The position numbers were made by a program, and so were the translations under genes. From contig NW_002060952.1 in assembly GCF_000150275.1 (NCBI RefSeq), positions 766,482 through 830,481 on the forward strand: 64,000 bases of DNA. The letters run 5' to 3'. Each line of letters opens with the position of its first letter. The stretch's first letter is position 1. Source of the stretch: Trichoplax adhaerens. Its lineage: Eukaryota > Animalia > Placozoa. Shown here in pieces: positions 15,001 through 30,738 of the stretch. The notes below the pieces were generated by a model, which worked only from the letters and a program-made list of their open reading frames with translations, did not search any database and had not been told where the DNA came from.

Positions 15001-17168
15001 TAAATAGTATGGTATAAACTTTTGTAGTCGTATAGATTTTGCGTACTTTGAAAATTGCAGACTTTAGAAATTAATATTCTATACTTAATAATTTAATTGT
15101 CATATTATATAGAGACCGTATTTCTTTATATTGATTTAGATAGTGTATACAATCAGATATTAAAAACTTGGAGTAGTTCAAGTATAGTACTTAAAATTTG
15201 AGCAGGGATAACCATTTATGTAATATGGAATATTGGTAAAAATGTTTTAAAATTATCGGCATCACTTCATACGTACATATAAGTACCCTTACTACTCCCG
15301 CTATCTCTGTATAGTGACAGGATTTGAAAAATAATTTCCATGTAGCTGATACTATTTCTGAAAATTTTGATATGTTCAATCATCGAGATAAAAAAGGGGA
15401 GATTTATTGTGGCTATATATCTAAATTAGTAATTTTTTATTCAGTAAATACCAAATATCAAAACTGTTTTGAAAGCTATTCAAAATTCACACACCTCTGC
15501 CAGCTATATGGTATAGTATTTGCCTATTTCTGATAAGAGATTAAGTGATTTCCTTTTAACCTCTTTCAATTACATTATTAATGTTTCTGGTCAAGGAGTA
15601 CAAATTTATTCGTTGATTCTTCTAAGAATTTTCAGTTTTTATCGGCAAAGATATTCGGTACTATCCATTACGAGTATAATAATTTGCTAGCCCCTGGCAT
15701 TTGCGCTTATGATAATAATTTTATGAAAGCTAAAACATCTTATAATCATGATCGAAATATGGAATTTATTTTATGCTATAAAATGAGATATAGGCAAATC
15801 TATACTTTGTGTCACGGCTTGAAGTCTATATTTGACGTTCGAAACTTTAAATTTTTCATTTACGCCTGGTCTTTGTAAAATAGCGGGTTCATGAACAAAG
15901 TATGTTGATACTGATAAGCTATGTACTCATACCACTGATATTTAGAGAAAAGTAAATGACTGACTGTCCTGGCTGAACAAATAACTTTACCGATGCTAGA
16001 TATTAAACTAAGTAAATTCCGGTTTAAAATTGTATTTTCATTCTGTCTTATTCTATTCTATCTCAAAAATTGAATATTATGGTTAACATGTTATCAGCTA
16101 GAAAGTAAAGGTAGTAGATAGGACGAAAATATGTATTATTTGTTGTTGTAAGGAACTATATGCTTATAGTGTATTTTTAGATTTCAGTAAAGAGCTTCTT
16201 CGTAAATAGCAGTGATACTTTAAAATTTTACTTAGTAATCACAGTCTTAATTATATCATGAATGCCATAAACTGAATATTTGTATTGCTTCACAATTATG
16301 GGTGATTTTAAATTAATTCAAAATATAACACTAAAACCAGGGTTTCAGCTTTCAGTGTAACTTTTGCTTTTTCTGCGTAGCTCTATCTTCACTGCACTTC
16401 CATGAAACTACAAATTCAAGAAGAAATGACTCGATTTTAAGCGTATCAGGTTTGAATTGATTTTTATTGTCTTAAGTCATTATTCCCGTTATTTTAAAAA
16501 TTAATTACCAATTATAGAATTTTCCTTCTTTTCTAGCGATATTTATAATATCACTATTACACTTTAACCGTATACGGATCTATTACTGTGTAGCTTTGTT
16601 ATGCCTTCATGATGTGATTCCAAAGGTACTTGAATCTTGCCAATAGAATTGACATATGGTATATAGCAAGAAATTTATTTTAATGCCGTTTCTTTGGACT
16701 ATTGCTGATTTAAAAATTGGTATACCCATATTCAGATTAACGTTGATTAGAGACTAGTGGATTAAATGTAGATCAATTTGTTTGTATATAAGTTCTACAA
16801 TCTTCATATTTTAAAAGTATTATTCGTGAATGGATCAAATTAAATAGCAAGTAGCAGGTTAAATATAGATCAATCCGAGTATTCCTTCGTTACATTACTT
16901 CTCCACTGAATAATGGTCAATTCTGGTAAAATCTGTCCTGACTGTAAAGTGATTTCTTCCGCATTGATTAGCTAGAGTACTTTTCAACTAAATTAATGCT
17001 ATATCATAAAATGAAAATTCTCGCAATATTTACCCAAAAGTAATGAATAACTTATTTCGTAGTACAAATTATTTTAAAATTCAACCAAATTGTCCATCTC
17101 TTAAAGAGCGGTAGTTGGGGATTTCTATTAATGTAGAAGTTTCTTTTGGTAGTACATTGTCAAGAAAA

Positions 17169-18221
17169 TTATAAATGAGGTGAATATGGAAAACGCGATT
17201 TAGATTTTGAGGAACGTTGAGGAGTAGCGCCTACCGATATTCTCATCACTGTCGCTCTTTGTCTTCGATGATAACGATTTAGATCATGAACGAATGCTTG
17301 GATACTGCCTCGATAGGATTTATTAGCTAAACTATAAATAATTGGATTAGCTGCTGAATTGGTGAAAACTAAGGCTAAGCCTAGTTTTTCAAATCGATGG
17401 TTTTGGCTACTTTTTCCATTGATTAATCCATTTAAAATCATAACAATCGAGGGTAAATTACAGCATAAGAATGTACCAACGATAACCATAGTGGTTTTAG
17501 TCGTTTTAAATGACATTTTATCTCTTAAATTAAGTCGTCTAATAAGATGAATTCGCCTTCTGTTGCGCATTGCTTCACGATAAATCAAGACATAGGAAAT
17601 AAAAACTAATAATAAGCAAATTGATGTCGATGTGTAAGTTATTGCTAAATAGATACCGTTATTGACTTTCAAATTAACGTCAATCCAGCAGATAAACAAA
17701 TAATCTACATATTGGTAGGTACCTAATCCAAGATGTTGTAAATTGAATAACGGTACAGCAGACATTAATAAGGACATAATCCATGTAGCGGTGATCGCAA
17801 TAACCGTTCGATTTGTTGTAACATAGCGCGGGTATTTTAATGGTTTTAGAACCGATATTAAACGATCTACAGAAATGCATACCACGGTTAAGATAGAAGC
17901 CTGTGTACATACATTAGTAATATAGGCGGAAATAGAGCAAAAGGGCTTAAAAAAAATTTGATGACCAAGAAGAATAGAAATTGCAAATGGCGGAATAGTA
18001 AATGCACCGACAATAAAATCAGACATAGCTAAATTTGTAATAAGATAGTTAGCGTTGCTATTGAGAATCTTATAACGATAGGTTAAAATAAGAACAGCCA
18101 AATTACCTATAACAGCTGTAAAGCTAGCTATAACCATTAATACAGTAATAAAGATATCAAGATGATCATTTCGTGGCAAAGTTTCATTTGACATAGTAGA
18201 GCTATTGCGTAATGGTGACAT
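17169..18221 (-). CDS. Intronless rhodopsin-class orphan GPCR, 350 aa
   Basis: GN, NLAMSD, DRL, PLKY in ICL2, CCNLP in TM6 (W6.48 replaced by N), NSAANPIIY; N-terminal N-glycosylation sequons (NSS, NET). Confidence 0.95.
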   Translation of the reverse strand: MSPLRNSSTMSNETLPRNDHLDIFITVLMVIASFTAVIGNLAVLILTYRYKILNSNANYLITNLAMSDFIVGAFTIPPFAISILLGHQIFFKPFCSISAYITNVCTQASILTVVCISVDRLISVLKPLKYPRYVTTNRTVIAITATWIMSLLMSAVPLFNLQHLGLGTYQYVDYLFICWIDVNLKVNNGIYLAITYTSTSICLLLVFISYVLIYREAMRNRRRIHLIRRLNLRDKMSFKTTKTTMVIVGTFLCCNLPSIVMILNGLINGKSSQNHRFEKLGLALVFTNSAANPIIYSLANKSYRGSIQAFVHDLNRYHRRQRATVMRISVGATPQRSSKSKSRFPYSPHL

Positions 18222-21200
18222 TTTTCTATTTTATGAAAGTAGTATAGATGATTATTGACTTAGGTTGTCAATTACAATAACGTTAACATACGATGATGGT
18301 ATAAATGGGTAGCAAAAATGGTTTTCCAGTTCAATCCAATCCAAATTACTAATGCAAAGTCTAAATAGAGACGTTTATGTATAAAAGGCAATTATTTTTG
18401 CTTCAATCTGCTCGTAGAATTTGTTCTTGGAAGAAATCAATTCATGGAAGATGATTATTATAATACCATAGAGAGTTGGAAAAACGTTGTTCTCGCCGTA
18501 AAGTGATTAAAGTAAAAAGGATAGGAGAAAATAGCTAAAAACAATAATTTGCTATTGACTCACTAATCCGATTAAAATGTAGAATCTATATTAATCAAAT
18601 TGGAGCGATTACAGATTTAAGCGATTTGCAAATAGAGTTTCGTAACGTCACTGATTTTAGCTGCAAAGACGAATAGCGAAAGGCGCTCTTTTTTACATGC
18701 ATTTGCTATCTTGGTAAATACAGGATAAAGCTGAGCTTTTAAATCTAATAATAGTTAAACAATAATACCCTCCATTTCATAAAAACAACAAGGAAATGAA
18801 ATTATATACTGATTGAAAGTTATCACTCGTGTATAATATCATTAAATATAATGTTGTTATAAACACATTCAATATTTTGAAGAGTAATAGATAATGACTT
18901 CAATTAGCAATAATTATTTCGAGTTGAATAAATCATTGTCGTATTATTCATCTTCATCGACGCGGTATTACTTTACTAAATTAATATATAAAAGTTTATG
19001 GAATTCAAATTAAGTAATTTTCGAAGGCGGAAAAAATAACAATTATTCTTTGTTCATCTCTATTAGCGTTGACTTGTAATACAGTAACATAAATCAATCT
19101 TTGCTATTTGGATTAATTAAATCTTCTCTGACGTTCTTGTTGAAATAGGGTAAATTGAAAGCCAATTAGTTATTAAGTTAACTCTATCATGCTTCAATTG
19201 GCGAAATGTTGATTAAAATTATGAAAATTATTCTATCATTCCATGTTTATGATATATAATATGGTGCTTAACTACATAGATCTTATTGGATTGAAATTAT
19301 TGAATTGTTAATAATTTAAATAGCTTAGCAACGCTAGATTAATAAGGAATAATAAAGTGTAACAGATAGTTTGCCATATTAATACACAAATGAATCTGGT
19401 CGCAAAATGATCTATCAAATTTTGTCACATTATTTACAACTTTCTTCCTTAATGGACTTAATGTATATTAATAATGAATTATTCCAATTTTAATGGATTG
19501 GTGAAAATTTTTAACCGCGAATCTTTACTTCTTCATATCTGATCACTGCCACTGTGGACAGTGAAAAATTGATTGGATATAAATAGCAGACAACATAGAA
19601 AGCGGTTCTTTCCATATCAATTGATTAAAGACTACTTCACGAAGATGCCATAAGAAATCGTCGTTAATTAACATGTAATTTGATATCTTGAACTATTACC
19701 GCGAAATAAACATGTGTTGATGAGATCGACTTTTATTACCCTTTCAAAGTGAAAGGTAGTTGAATGAAGCAGTATCAAAAAATTAGGGAATAAGAGAGAG
19801 ATGAGATCTTGCAGGGATTAAGAATACGAAAATAACCATATACAGTATCAACGGCATATGACGTAATCGAACTATACCCGTAGCATATACCGATAGTTTT
19901 GCTCTAGCACAATTATCATAACTTTGCCAAGTGCAATGCCGGGTAGGCCGCAAAACTATATTTTATTTTAAAGTAAAAAATCTAAGCATTATGAATCTTG
20001 TGTACTTAAATATCTTGAGTTAGTATTGGCTAGATGTAGTCGCAGTAAATGAAATTTATGCTGTAGTAGCATTGTAAAGCAAGATTCAAATTTATCGCAG
20101 GTCACGATTTATTATAAAAGGTTGGTTCAGTTTCATTTTCATAATTTAAACACCGATAATAGCAAGATAATTTTATAAATTAGCATATTAGTCCTATAAA
20201 AGTTAGCCTTGTCAACTATTACAATTACTAACTTTTACAATTGCTGTAACTATCGAGAGAATGAAGTGTACTAAAACGTTTTGAAATGGACAACCATATT
20301 GAAAGATAACTTAAAGTTAAGGCTTTTGTATCGTGCTTAATGGTAATCCTATAATTATACAATCTTGAATTGCAAACCTATATACTGTATGATTGCACAC
20401 TCAAAGTAAGAAAGGTTTTAAGTAAGTATGATGATCTGGATGGATTACTACGGTCAGAAGTAAAGGTAAGGGGTACTATTTAATACTTTGTTTCGCTTCT
20501 ACTAAAGTCCAATAACAAAATTTTCCGTTTTAACACAAGTTTTTGTATGGAAATTAAAAGGATAATGAGGGTAGACATTTAATATATTTACATTTTGAAT
20601 GAGAATATTACAAACAAATGCTACAGTATAGAAGTAACAATTTAATTAAACTACATCAAAATTAACTCAATAATAACTGTTTAGTAGCTTCCACGTATAT
20701 TTTTAATAATTCAATGCAATTAGAAATGCAAACTACCGCGTGCAATCGAGGAAGACAATAGGATAAAAGTCGAACTTATAACACTCGGGTATTTATTACG
20801 AATTTTTAGTGAATAGAAGCAAGTAATCATATCAACACTTTTCCCCGGAACTTCCTGTAGAAATGATCATTCTGTACTAAAATGGAATCATCATGGCTAG
20901 TATAGAGAGGCGTTTATGGTCTATTGTTGAACTATTTAGTGAATTACATTAATCTGTGTTCTAGATTTTCAACCATGGGCTTGAGCGAAATAAAGTTGAT
21001 ATATGGAGTTTTTAAGGAAGCCTTGATCTTCCTACTTACGGAATAACAACCACTTATTTCAAGAATATTCGCATATATTTATATTATATTTGCAATATGC
21101 AAGATTGTATTTATCGATATAATCTTTCAATAATTATAAGATATTCTGTTGACTTTATCAATTTTAATTAATAGCGGAAAGGATGACATAATTGAACTGA

Positions 21201-24200
21201 TATGTCTAGAATTAAGGATTAATTAGCTAGACCATAATTAACGACCTTCTTTCTGTCTTATGGTGAAAATTGATGATTCAAGAGCTGCTTTCTATCTCTT
21301 TGAAGGTAGGTAGCAGCTATGAATTAAAAAGTATAGCAATACAAGTAGATGGGTAATTCTATGAATGCTGTGCAAGAGAAAGTCCTTGAACAAGTAGATT
21401 AAGATGTAGCTGAACATAAAGAATCATGTGCTCTTGTTCAAGACGGCGGTATAACATCCCAGTTTTTACTACTATATTTTTAATGATAAAATCTTTATTC
21501 CTTCTAATTTATGTTTCAAATTGAAATTGAAATGGTTTTAGCTCTAGCATACTGCGGTTTGATTGTTAAATTCTGAGAAATAGTTGCGTAATGATGTCTT
21601 TGCTAGTTTGCGAATTCAATGGATTTATTAACGGGACATAATGATCAGTAATTTAACAATGATGAGTATCCAAATACAATAATTCTAAAATCTGGGGTAA
21701 AAATATTCGAAATTTGGTACAGTCTGTTGAATTATATTTGAATCTAGGCCTGTTTGGGTAATTAGATACCCGGGGTACGTGTTCTTTGCATATTTTAAAT
21801 TTTGAATGATATATTGGTTAAAAATTTATGTAAGTCCGTCGCATAAATTAGTAGAAAGTTTGGAAGTGGATTAATTTCTCTTACAATCATTGATTATTTT
21901 AGTTATTTTAGTTATTTTACGAGTTCACTAAATTTGTAAACTAGTGGTGACGATGAATATGTCACATAATATGATTTATACAGAATTTGCTTTTTGTAGT
22001 CCATATTGGATAATTACTGATAGTGCAATAGAACTTTGTGCATTTTTTGAATTTGTTTAGTTAGCAAAGTAAGGGGGTATTTTCGTAGTTGTTTTTGTAG
22101 GCTTATTAACACAGCTGGAGAGCACAATAAAATGAAATATCATATTCGATACAGTAGTTTCCACATTATACCAGTCTATGTAAATATAGTTAATTATATT
22201 TACAATTTATTAATGAAGAAGTGCCCTAGTTCACATATTTGTTAAAAATCTGGTTGATTTTTGTTTATTTCATTAAAATAGAGCGTTTAGAACGAATTTT
22301 GTATGAGATTATATTCTTGAGTGTAGATACTGCAGCATAAAAATTATCCGGCCACATGTCTATTACAAGAAGTAATTCTAACCTTAAATTCTTAATATGG
22401 GTGGAATAACGGTATACCATTAGCATCGAAGATAAGGAAGATAAATCGGAAATGAATCTACATTAGCAGTAATTGCTTCAGCACTTAATAAATAGGCTCG
22501 GCACAATAATAATTTACATTTGGAAAGCCATTCTGCAAGTTAAGTGTAGATCAAATGCAGACGTCTAATAGTTTACCGTAGAGAAATCTAACGTAGCTAA
22601 TTCTAATTACCGTAAAAAACTTGCATTGATGTCAATAATTAATTATTTCGCACTATCAAGGCCTTAGGACAGACCAGCGTGCTAGTGTTAACATCCTTTG
22701 TAATGTAATTAACTAATCGAACTATGTAAATAATATTCGAAATAGCATAAAAATGCATGTAGGCATCGCGTACTTGAAGCTGATTGCAAGGGATTTTGGT
22801 AGTTCGTATTGTAATAGACTGCGTAATTTATGGATTAGAACATAATTAATTCCATTAGTAGATGTTAGATAACTGTACATAGTACTAATTTTGGTAGTAC
22901 TCTTGACTACTTAAATAAAGCTGCGGGATCTTCGAATTAAGAGAGCTGTTAGGTAGAATTACTGTATAATATATTGCAGAATAGGAATTATAGCCGTCAC
23001 ACCTTATAATCAGTACTGTGTAACAATGTTACATATAATAACGTACTAAAGTGTGGCTAACCTAATACATTAGATCACAAAATATTCCGCCTGTATTAGT
23101 AGAAGTCAACTTGCGCAACTATATGCATGTTTTAACGTCCGAGTCATTTGGTAATATCTTTTTATATCTTTAAAACAGGGTCTTGACCAAGCATTTGCAT
23201 AGTATGAGCTTGCTATCCTCCATATATTAGTAGTTTAGCATACTGAAACAAAATAGCCAAGTATGATAAAGCGATGAGAGACTTTGCTTCCATCACTAAT
23301 TTACGAAACATTGCCATAACATTTGAATAGTTTATCGCATGCAATTTCTTTTATAATTCCATTAGAGTGAAATTAATCAATAGGATTTGTTGACTCGGCT
23401 CAGTCAATATCCTGTATTTAAATAGTTAATGGATAGGATTATCAATTGCTTGAAGTAGTGGTATACACTGTCAGAATTAGAATTAATTATAGATTTTATA
23501 CAATACCATTCTATAGTGAAATATTAAATAAAGTCAATTTCGATTTTATATCAATTATTTAATGTTTAACTACGATTACTAATTGCCTATTTCAATGGAA
23601 AATTTATAAGTATAAAAAATTCTACGCCTATTTTCTGACGTTAGTTTTAAATCCCTTTATTTAAAGTGGTCTAGTAGGCAATAAATACATTATTATTAGA
23701 TTTTAGATTAGAATTAGATTTCTATTTAATAAAAAAGCGATCAAAGTTCTTGTAGTCTATCTATTGTATGACATCCGGATTAGTTAGTTTATTTTATTTA
23801 TAGGTAATAAGAAAATTTTAATTATGACAACATCTTTTGCAATTATACCATCTAATTAATTGAGCTATTTATTGCTTACTGTTATTATTATAGAATCAGA
23901 CTGTCAGTGCTAGAATAATACTCACTGGAATAAATGTAATATTGTCGTTTGGTGATCAACTATCGATAAAGATGTTAATGTATGACTTGAATATGCATAT
24001 AAATTCTGAAAACGCAGTAGATTAATGCCAATATTGTAGATATTAAAGTAATTTCCTCTCTTCGATATATCGTACCAGAGTGAACTTATACTTTTTGAAT
24101 CGTTCAGATTTTACAAAAATAAAACATATAGAGCACAATTAATGGATAAATTTGTATTTTTCTAAAGATTCCGAATTGTTTGAGGTTGAATTTGTACGGT

Positions 24201-27200
24201 TTAGAATTTATGTAGTAGTTTCGCTATTGATAGGCATTTACAAACCATTGGAATAATTTCGCGAATAATGGGTGATATACGTGTCGTGTCATATTGGAAG
24301 CCATGTGATACAATAAGAACAGTACCTATAGTAGAAGTGTATGCTCGCATGTATCACAGTAGAATCTGATACAAAGTTAACTTATACATTAATTTTGAGT
24401 TTAGTTTATTATACAGATTTTAATAGATTTTACATGAAACTGATCTGGTAATTTCAAAGGCAGTAATCATTTAGATATGTATTATGTAAGCTACAGATCT
24501 TTATGATGCAACTAGCGTCAATCTTATAGATATAAATTTATACTTTATATTTCGGTAATATAGCTCACATTTATAGTAATTGCTATTATTAACTGTTTTA
24601 TAGGTTCTATGTGATATGAAATAGCTGCTATAGATGAAAAAGCAATCTTACTTCTTTGAAAAGTTTGCAAAGAAGATAAATCTTTAGATTGATATCCCAA
24701 AAACTATTAATATGTCGTAAGGTATTAAACTATACGCAATTCGGTTGGAATAAAAAAACACAGGTATCTATTCCGAATCAAAAAGCATTGAAAATATTTT
24801 ATCTAGACCTTCCACTAGACGTTGGAGATGTTTACGTTTGTATTAAATTGTAAGATTATAAGAAGCAATCCTTTTAATCTTTTATTGTTATCATAGTTGC
24901 TGCAGATATTAAATTCCCAAGAAGGAAACCGCCTATCCAATGTTAATCGCTATTAAATTAACAGTTTTAGCTACATTATGTTGTTTAAGTCGTGATAATC
25001 ATGACGGCTTTTTTAAGAGCAACTTTTGCAGAAATTATAGCGCTGTATAATTTTATAATTCTTTCAATACGCTAAGTACACTTTTTTCTCTTAGCTATTT
25101 TGTGTTTTATGGCGATGATCCATTTCATGAGTGTAAATTGAAGTCGACAACGTAAATATACTAGTTGACGGTTTTCTAATGATATTTTGAATAATTGCTG
25201 TTATTTGATAGAGCTACTACGATTTCTATGCATACTAAGATATTCAATTTATCCTAACATACCTATCACCATTGTTAGCATTCCATTACATCAAAATAGG
25301 TTACATCGAAAGCCTTAAATAAACTCGCAGTCATATATATTAAAAATTACGCTGATCTATTTACATTTTATGGAATATATTAAATGTTTACTATTACGGT
25401 ACTTAACATTTAAGTTTATACGCATCTCAATGAGCAAATTAGATATCAATTACTCATCCACCTGGCATTCACTTGATAGATTTAATGACAATCTAGAATA
25501 AAAACCGTACATCGCTGTAACGTCTCATGCTATTCTATTTTCTGATAAATTATTTATTTCCAAATATTCTATTAAGCATTGTTGCTATAAAAATTAACTT
25601 TTTAATGCTATGAAAAAGTTCCATACATAAATTCCAATGAGAATGAGTCAGACGTAAAATAGTCTCTGTCGTAAACAATTATCTTTGATAAGTTTGACAA
25701 TACTTTCGTCCACGTGGATTATTTATTTGATGTTCTGGCTATTTAATGGTTTTGTTATTTACGCCAATAGGATATCCAATATATTTCTATATAATTCGAA
25801 AATATTTCAATCTACATTGTTGTATGATTAATTTTAGTTTTTAACTGCCTTCACTGTCCTGTTCTATGGGTATTATACCATAGGAATAGCCATATCTAAG
25901 TTGATTTTATCGATATATTAAGATTATTTGAATAGGGTTGCAGTGGGTTAAATTATTTATTGTTTCCGGGTTTTATTAGTTTTTATAGAGGATTAACGTT
26001 TTCAATCTTGCGAGTGATAAGAAGATAGTTTAACTTTGATAACACTGATGCAAGTTACTAGTAACATTCTCAGCGTACTGAATGACAATAATTATTATCG
26101 ATATGACCGTTGTACATGTACATTTAATCGTTACAACTATCAGATTTAACAGTCTGTAGCAGCTGTTTGACATTATCAACACTTTCACTTAGATATTATT
26201 AACAAGATTTAGCTTAGTCCTCAATTGGCTAAGTCGATGAAATTCTTTAAAACTTAGAAATAGTTATATCAAGCCGGAAAGAATTTTTTAGATGGATAGA
26301 TTTGTGGAACTACAGTTAGACACTGAATTTCAAGACAACTAAATTAATATTTCCCGAACAACTGAATTGAGAATAAAATTTTGAGAAACCATCGGCTGCT
26401 CTGGAAAAGACTGATAGCAAAGGATTAGCTTTTTCTTTCTTTCATCAACATCTGTATGAATTCCGATTACCCAATATGATCTTTTAATTCTTGAAAGAAA
26501 TTAGCTGTATCTAGCCATACTAAATATCTCACTGAAATTTCACGCCGTATGCATCAAAGATGAAGTAATTATTTCTGAAGGATAAGTAATTGCCTGTGGA
26601 ATTAAATAATAATACCTTTTTTTCCCATCAGTATGGTGATTGCGTAAATAAAGCATAGGGTAGTAGTCAATTTTAGTTCATTATTCCCTAGTTGATGCTA
26701 AACGTTAATGTTTAGTAGTTGAAATTGATATTTACATTATTATTTTTATGTTATTTTATTTTATAATTTCATCAAATTTTTACACCTTGGTAGTGACTTA
26801 CTTTAGAATATTTTTAATTATTGATTTGAAAAATTATTAATAATTATTTAAAGGTAGTATTAGTTAGAAATGATAGTTGAAAAGGAATATACTTAGCGGA
26901 ATAAGATAATTATTTTTATGAATTAAATGATATTAATCACTAATGTAACACAAAAAAAGTAGCAAGATGCTGGGGTTATTAACAGAAATTATTTATTAAT
27001 TCAAAATTTATCTTATTATAAGACATAGGTAAATTAAGCGCCGGTATCTATCAATATTAACTGCTCAAGCTAAAATTATCTCCTAACGTTAACCCTCGTA
27101 CTGTTTGACTTGGATAGATCAACAACTTGTAGTAGAAGATTGTTTTAGCATCGCCTACCGCGGTGACATCAATTATCTGTAATACCATGTCATCGGCCTA

Positions 27201-27655
27201 CTGCATCAATCTCGAATTATTTGAAACACTATACACGGATTTCTATATTATTACACTGGTTATTAATATTGAAATGGCTTCTATGGAACTGGAATACAAT
27301 ATATAAAGGATAAAAATTTAGTATTTGGGACTTTAATGAAGAATTTTAACAAAGCTATTTCAACGCAAATAGCAAAGACATTATTATTGCATATTGGATT
27401 ATAGAGCCTCTTGAACCTATTAATCTCACCAACTACGGCTTGCTTTGTTTGATAAATCCAACATTGTCCACCATAAATATCACTTTACCATTTAGATATT
27501 ATTCTGAGTTTATTTATTAGATACATAATAAATATAGCCCTTTCTAAATACAGCTGCTATCATCACTACTAGATTGATGAAATCAATATTACTCTCCCAA
27601 TTTTAATATCATCAATTTAGAGTGACACTAACATTCTGACTATCATTGAGTGATC

Positions 27656-28627
27656 ATGGATAGGCTAGCTGAGAGTAAAGGCCTTTTTTTGAGCAATAAT
27701 ATTACAGCCGTGCACAGTAATTATGCTACTACAACGCTATTTACGGTGATGACGGCAATTATATTTGGAAGTACTGTGTTTGGTAATATTATGTCATTAT
27801 TTGTTATCTACAAAACATCATCTTTATGGGATAATTCCGGTATTTTATTAGGAAATATGGCAGTTGCTGATTTAATCGTAGGCCTCATTTGTATGCCGAC
27901 TGCTTTTATTTCAATGTGTATCCAGCGTAGTTACCTGGCTCCAATCTTATGTGTTATAACTGGTTATATTAACACTGTTGTTATCGGAACATCATTACAA
28001 ACGTTAGCTTTTATTTGTGTTGATCGATGTATTTCAGTTCTCAAGCCCTTACATTATCATATGTACGTTACTAATAATGTATTAAGGCTTATGCTAGTAA
28101 TATCTTGGGTTTTTCCATCTGTTGTTTCAATAATACCTCTACTAGGACTACAGCAATATGGTTTAGGCAAATACTGCTTTGTCAACTATTTATCGACGTG
28201 CTGGTTAGATGTAATTCAAGTCCAACAAAATAGAGTGTTTCTATTGATGATTTATTCATTAGTGGTAATTATTCTTACTTGCATTGTAATCTGTTGCGTA
28301 CTAATACTTCTAGTTATACATAAATTAAGAAATACGGTCGCCGATATCTGCACATCATCGATTCATGCTCGGGCAGTTTCTAAGTCAACTGTTACTCTTA
28401 TGTTGATTGTAGGAGTTTTCATCTTATGCTTAATGCCTGCTGTGGTTGTTACTTTTATTACTTGCTTTACTAACGTTCAATTCCATGTAACTATTTACCA
28501 AATGGCTATTTGCTTAACTTATTTGAACTCTGCTATCAATCCCATCTTATACGGATTTTCTAGTCAAGATTTTCGCAATAGTTACTATACATTATGGAAG
28601 AGACATTTTCGTTTATATCGCTTTTAA
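27656..28627 (+). CDS. Intronless rhodopsin-class orphan GPCR, ~323 aa
   Basis: First ATG is at 27656 (the ORF track starts at an upstream GTG). GN, NMAVAD, DRC, PLHY, CLMP (W6.48 replaced by L), NSAINPILY; very short C-tail. Confidence 0.93.
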   Translation: MDRLAESKGLFLSNNITAVHSNYATTTLFTVMTAIIFGSTVFGNIMSLFVIYKTSSLWDNSGILLGNMAVADLIVGLICMPTAFISMCIQRSYLAPILCVITGYINTVVIGTSLQTLAFICVDRCISVLKPLHYHMYVTNNVLRLMLVISWVFPSVVSIIPLLGLQQYGLGKYCFVNYLSTCWLDVIQVQQNRVFLLMIYSLVVIILTCIVICCVLILLVIHKLRNTVADICTSSIHARAVSKSTVTLMLIVGVFILCLMPAVVVTFITCFTNVQFHVTIYQMAICLTYLNSAINPILYGFSSQDFRNSYYTLWKRHFRLYRF

Positions 28628-30738
28628 CAACAATCTACGTAAAGAGATAATGTTGAAGCAACTTGTTTTTAACAAATTGACATGCGACAAGTAATATTGG
28701 TATTAAACAATTTACAAATACTGTGTACTATCATTTAATGTATAATTAGTTTAATGATAGGATTTAGAAGAATAAAGTCAATTTTTCAAGCCAATCTTTT
28801 TATAATTTAAGCTATATTATTTTAATTTTGATGAGAATTATTATCTAGTTACCGGACTAAGTCATATTAATCTTGAAGTATAAATTTCTGTATGTACTAA
28901 ATGTGGCTTTGGTTTATTTCTTTCTTAACAGAAAGTTATGAATGTGTACTTTAGAAAAGAACTTAAAAGGTGTATGTTGTTCTTTTGAATAATATTTAGT
29001 ACAGTGCTGAGACACTGATCACCTTTGTTCAAGGTATGAGTATGCGTCTTAGAAAGAGATATTTTAAATAGTGTCTTTCTATTCCGGATACACGAAAGTA
29101 GAGCTAAATGAATAATAAAAATAATTTATGCTGTGGAAGTGATAAGCTTAAATTATAATTTCATGTATACAAGATATTGCAAAGTCCATTTTCATGTCCG
29201 ATTAATCACAGCAGATACTAGAATATTTGAAAGGTAGGAAAACTAAAATGGAGACTTACTTTAGACTTTAAGTTAAATGATACAATTTAGGTCCTATTCT
29301 TGGCTTTTATAGCTTAAAGTAGTGCGGTATAGCAATGTAATTTTGTCATTAAAGCTGTATTTTAAATATACACTCAAGGTCTAATCAGGTAATTAATATT
29401 TCTGGATGTAATAGCCAAGAGCAAAAGAACTGGGATGTTCTACTTAATAAATATATCTGGATGTAAAGTCCAAAATAAATTAAGATAACTGATGTATATA
29501 ATCCATTAGAATAGAAATCGTTTCACATAGCTACCGTCAATGTAATATGTGTAGTTTTAACTAAGGTACTTTCTGATTTTTAACTTGCATTGAAATTATT
29601 CCCTGCATTTAAAATAGATTTCTTCAAATAATGCTAGGTTATCATTAATCCATTATTGGGCTCTGCCGTTCATTCTAAAAACGTGCGTATATAAGATAAC
29701 CAAGCATTACTAATGGGAAAGGTTTATTAGTTAATTCGTTAAATTTGACTATGATATCTACAGTATTCATATCATTCCTTTGAAATTGCAGATTAATTTT
29801 TTCTGTATTAGCTTAAAATGCATAAATATAAATAAAGATTATAATAAATTATTATCATCTAATTCGATTGCAAGAGTCTACATAATGTCTTTCATGGTAA
29901 AGTACGTTGATTTGGTTAGAAAATATATTTTTAAGAAGTAAGGCTTCTGCTATTTTACTACTATTTTCATCTATGCTATAAATTAAGAACTGGTGTTATA
30001 ATGATAAGACAACATGGCTTTAAAAGATTCATGAAGTGCTCAAATTCATATAAACAGTCAAGTGTACCGTTCAATTTCAATCTTAGTGAAGTCGTATAAT
30101 TTTTAATTTTTATGCGAATAAATCTACCAACTATCGTATCGAAATTAATAATAAACAAATTAACTGTAATTCTCACTCATTAACCGAAATTCTACACTTG
30201 ATATAGAACCGATTTCATCGGTCTCGTTGCTAATAGGTCACCATATTGATAGTATACTTTTTTAACTGCCGAACGGTTAAGGCAGATAATACTAGCGATT
30301 GTATCTTAATAAGCAGATGTTCTATTTGTCTACTAAACAATCACTGAAGTTTGGATAAAAAAGCTTGAGCAACGAATTCTAAAGTGACACTATTCATAAT
30401 ACATAAACAGTTAAAGCTTGCCATCAATTATACATACTCACTATATCGTGATATTTGTATATCGTTAATGATCTTACCAGTGTTTTTGCTGTTTTATTTA
30501 TCTTCCGTACTATATTCTATGATATTGAGTATATAAATCGAAAATCTAAAGCGTTAATTGTGAGGGTAAAGGCAAAATAAACTGATCAACCTTCCATGGC
30601 AAATAAACAGTTTCTTTTAGATATTTTCCAATAAAAGTTTCATCATTATAGTACTGCCCTTGATTAATAAAAATTGGGTTCAGAAGTGCGGCTAGCGTCA
30701 TGTAAATATTCACGCTTGAATATTATGTTAACCTTTAT

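Noticed and set aside
4408-17168. Numerous 60-85 aa ORFs in the GPCR intergenic region
   Set aside because: Low-complexity AT-rich translations with no recognisable motif or consistent splice structure.
3172-28627. Opsin or monoamine receptor identity for the GPCRs
   Set aside because: No Lys at 7.43 and no Asp at 3.32 in any of them.
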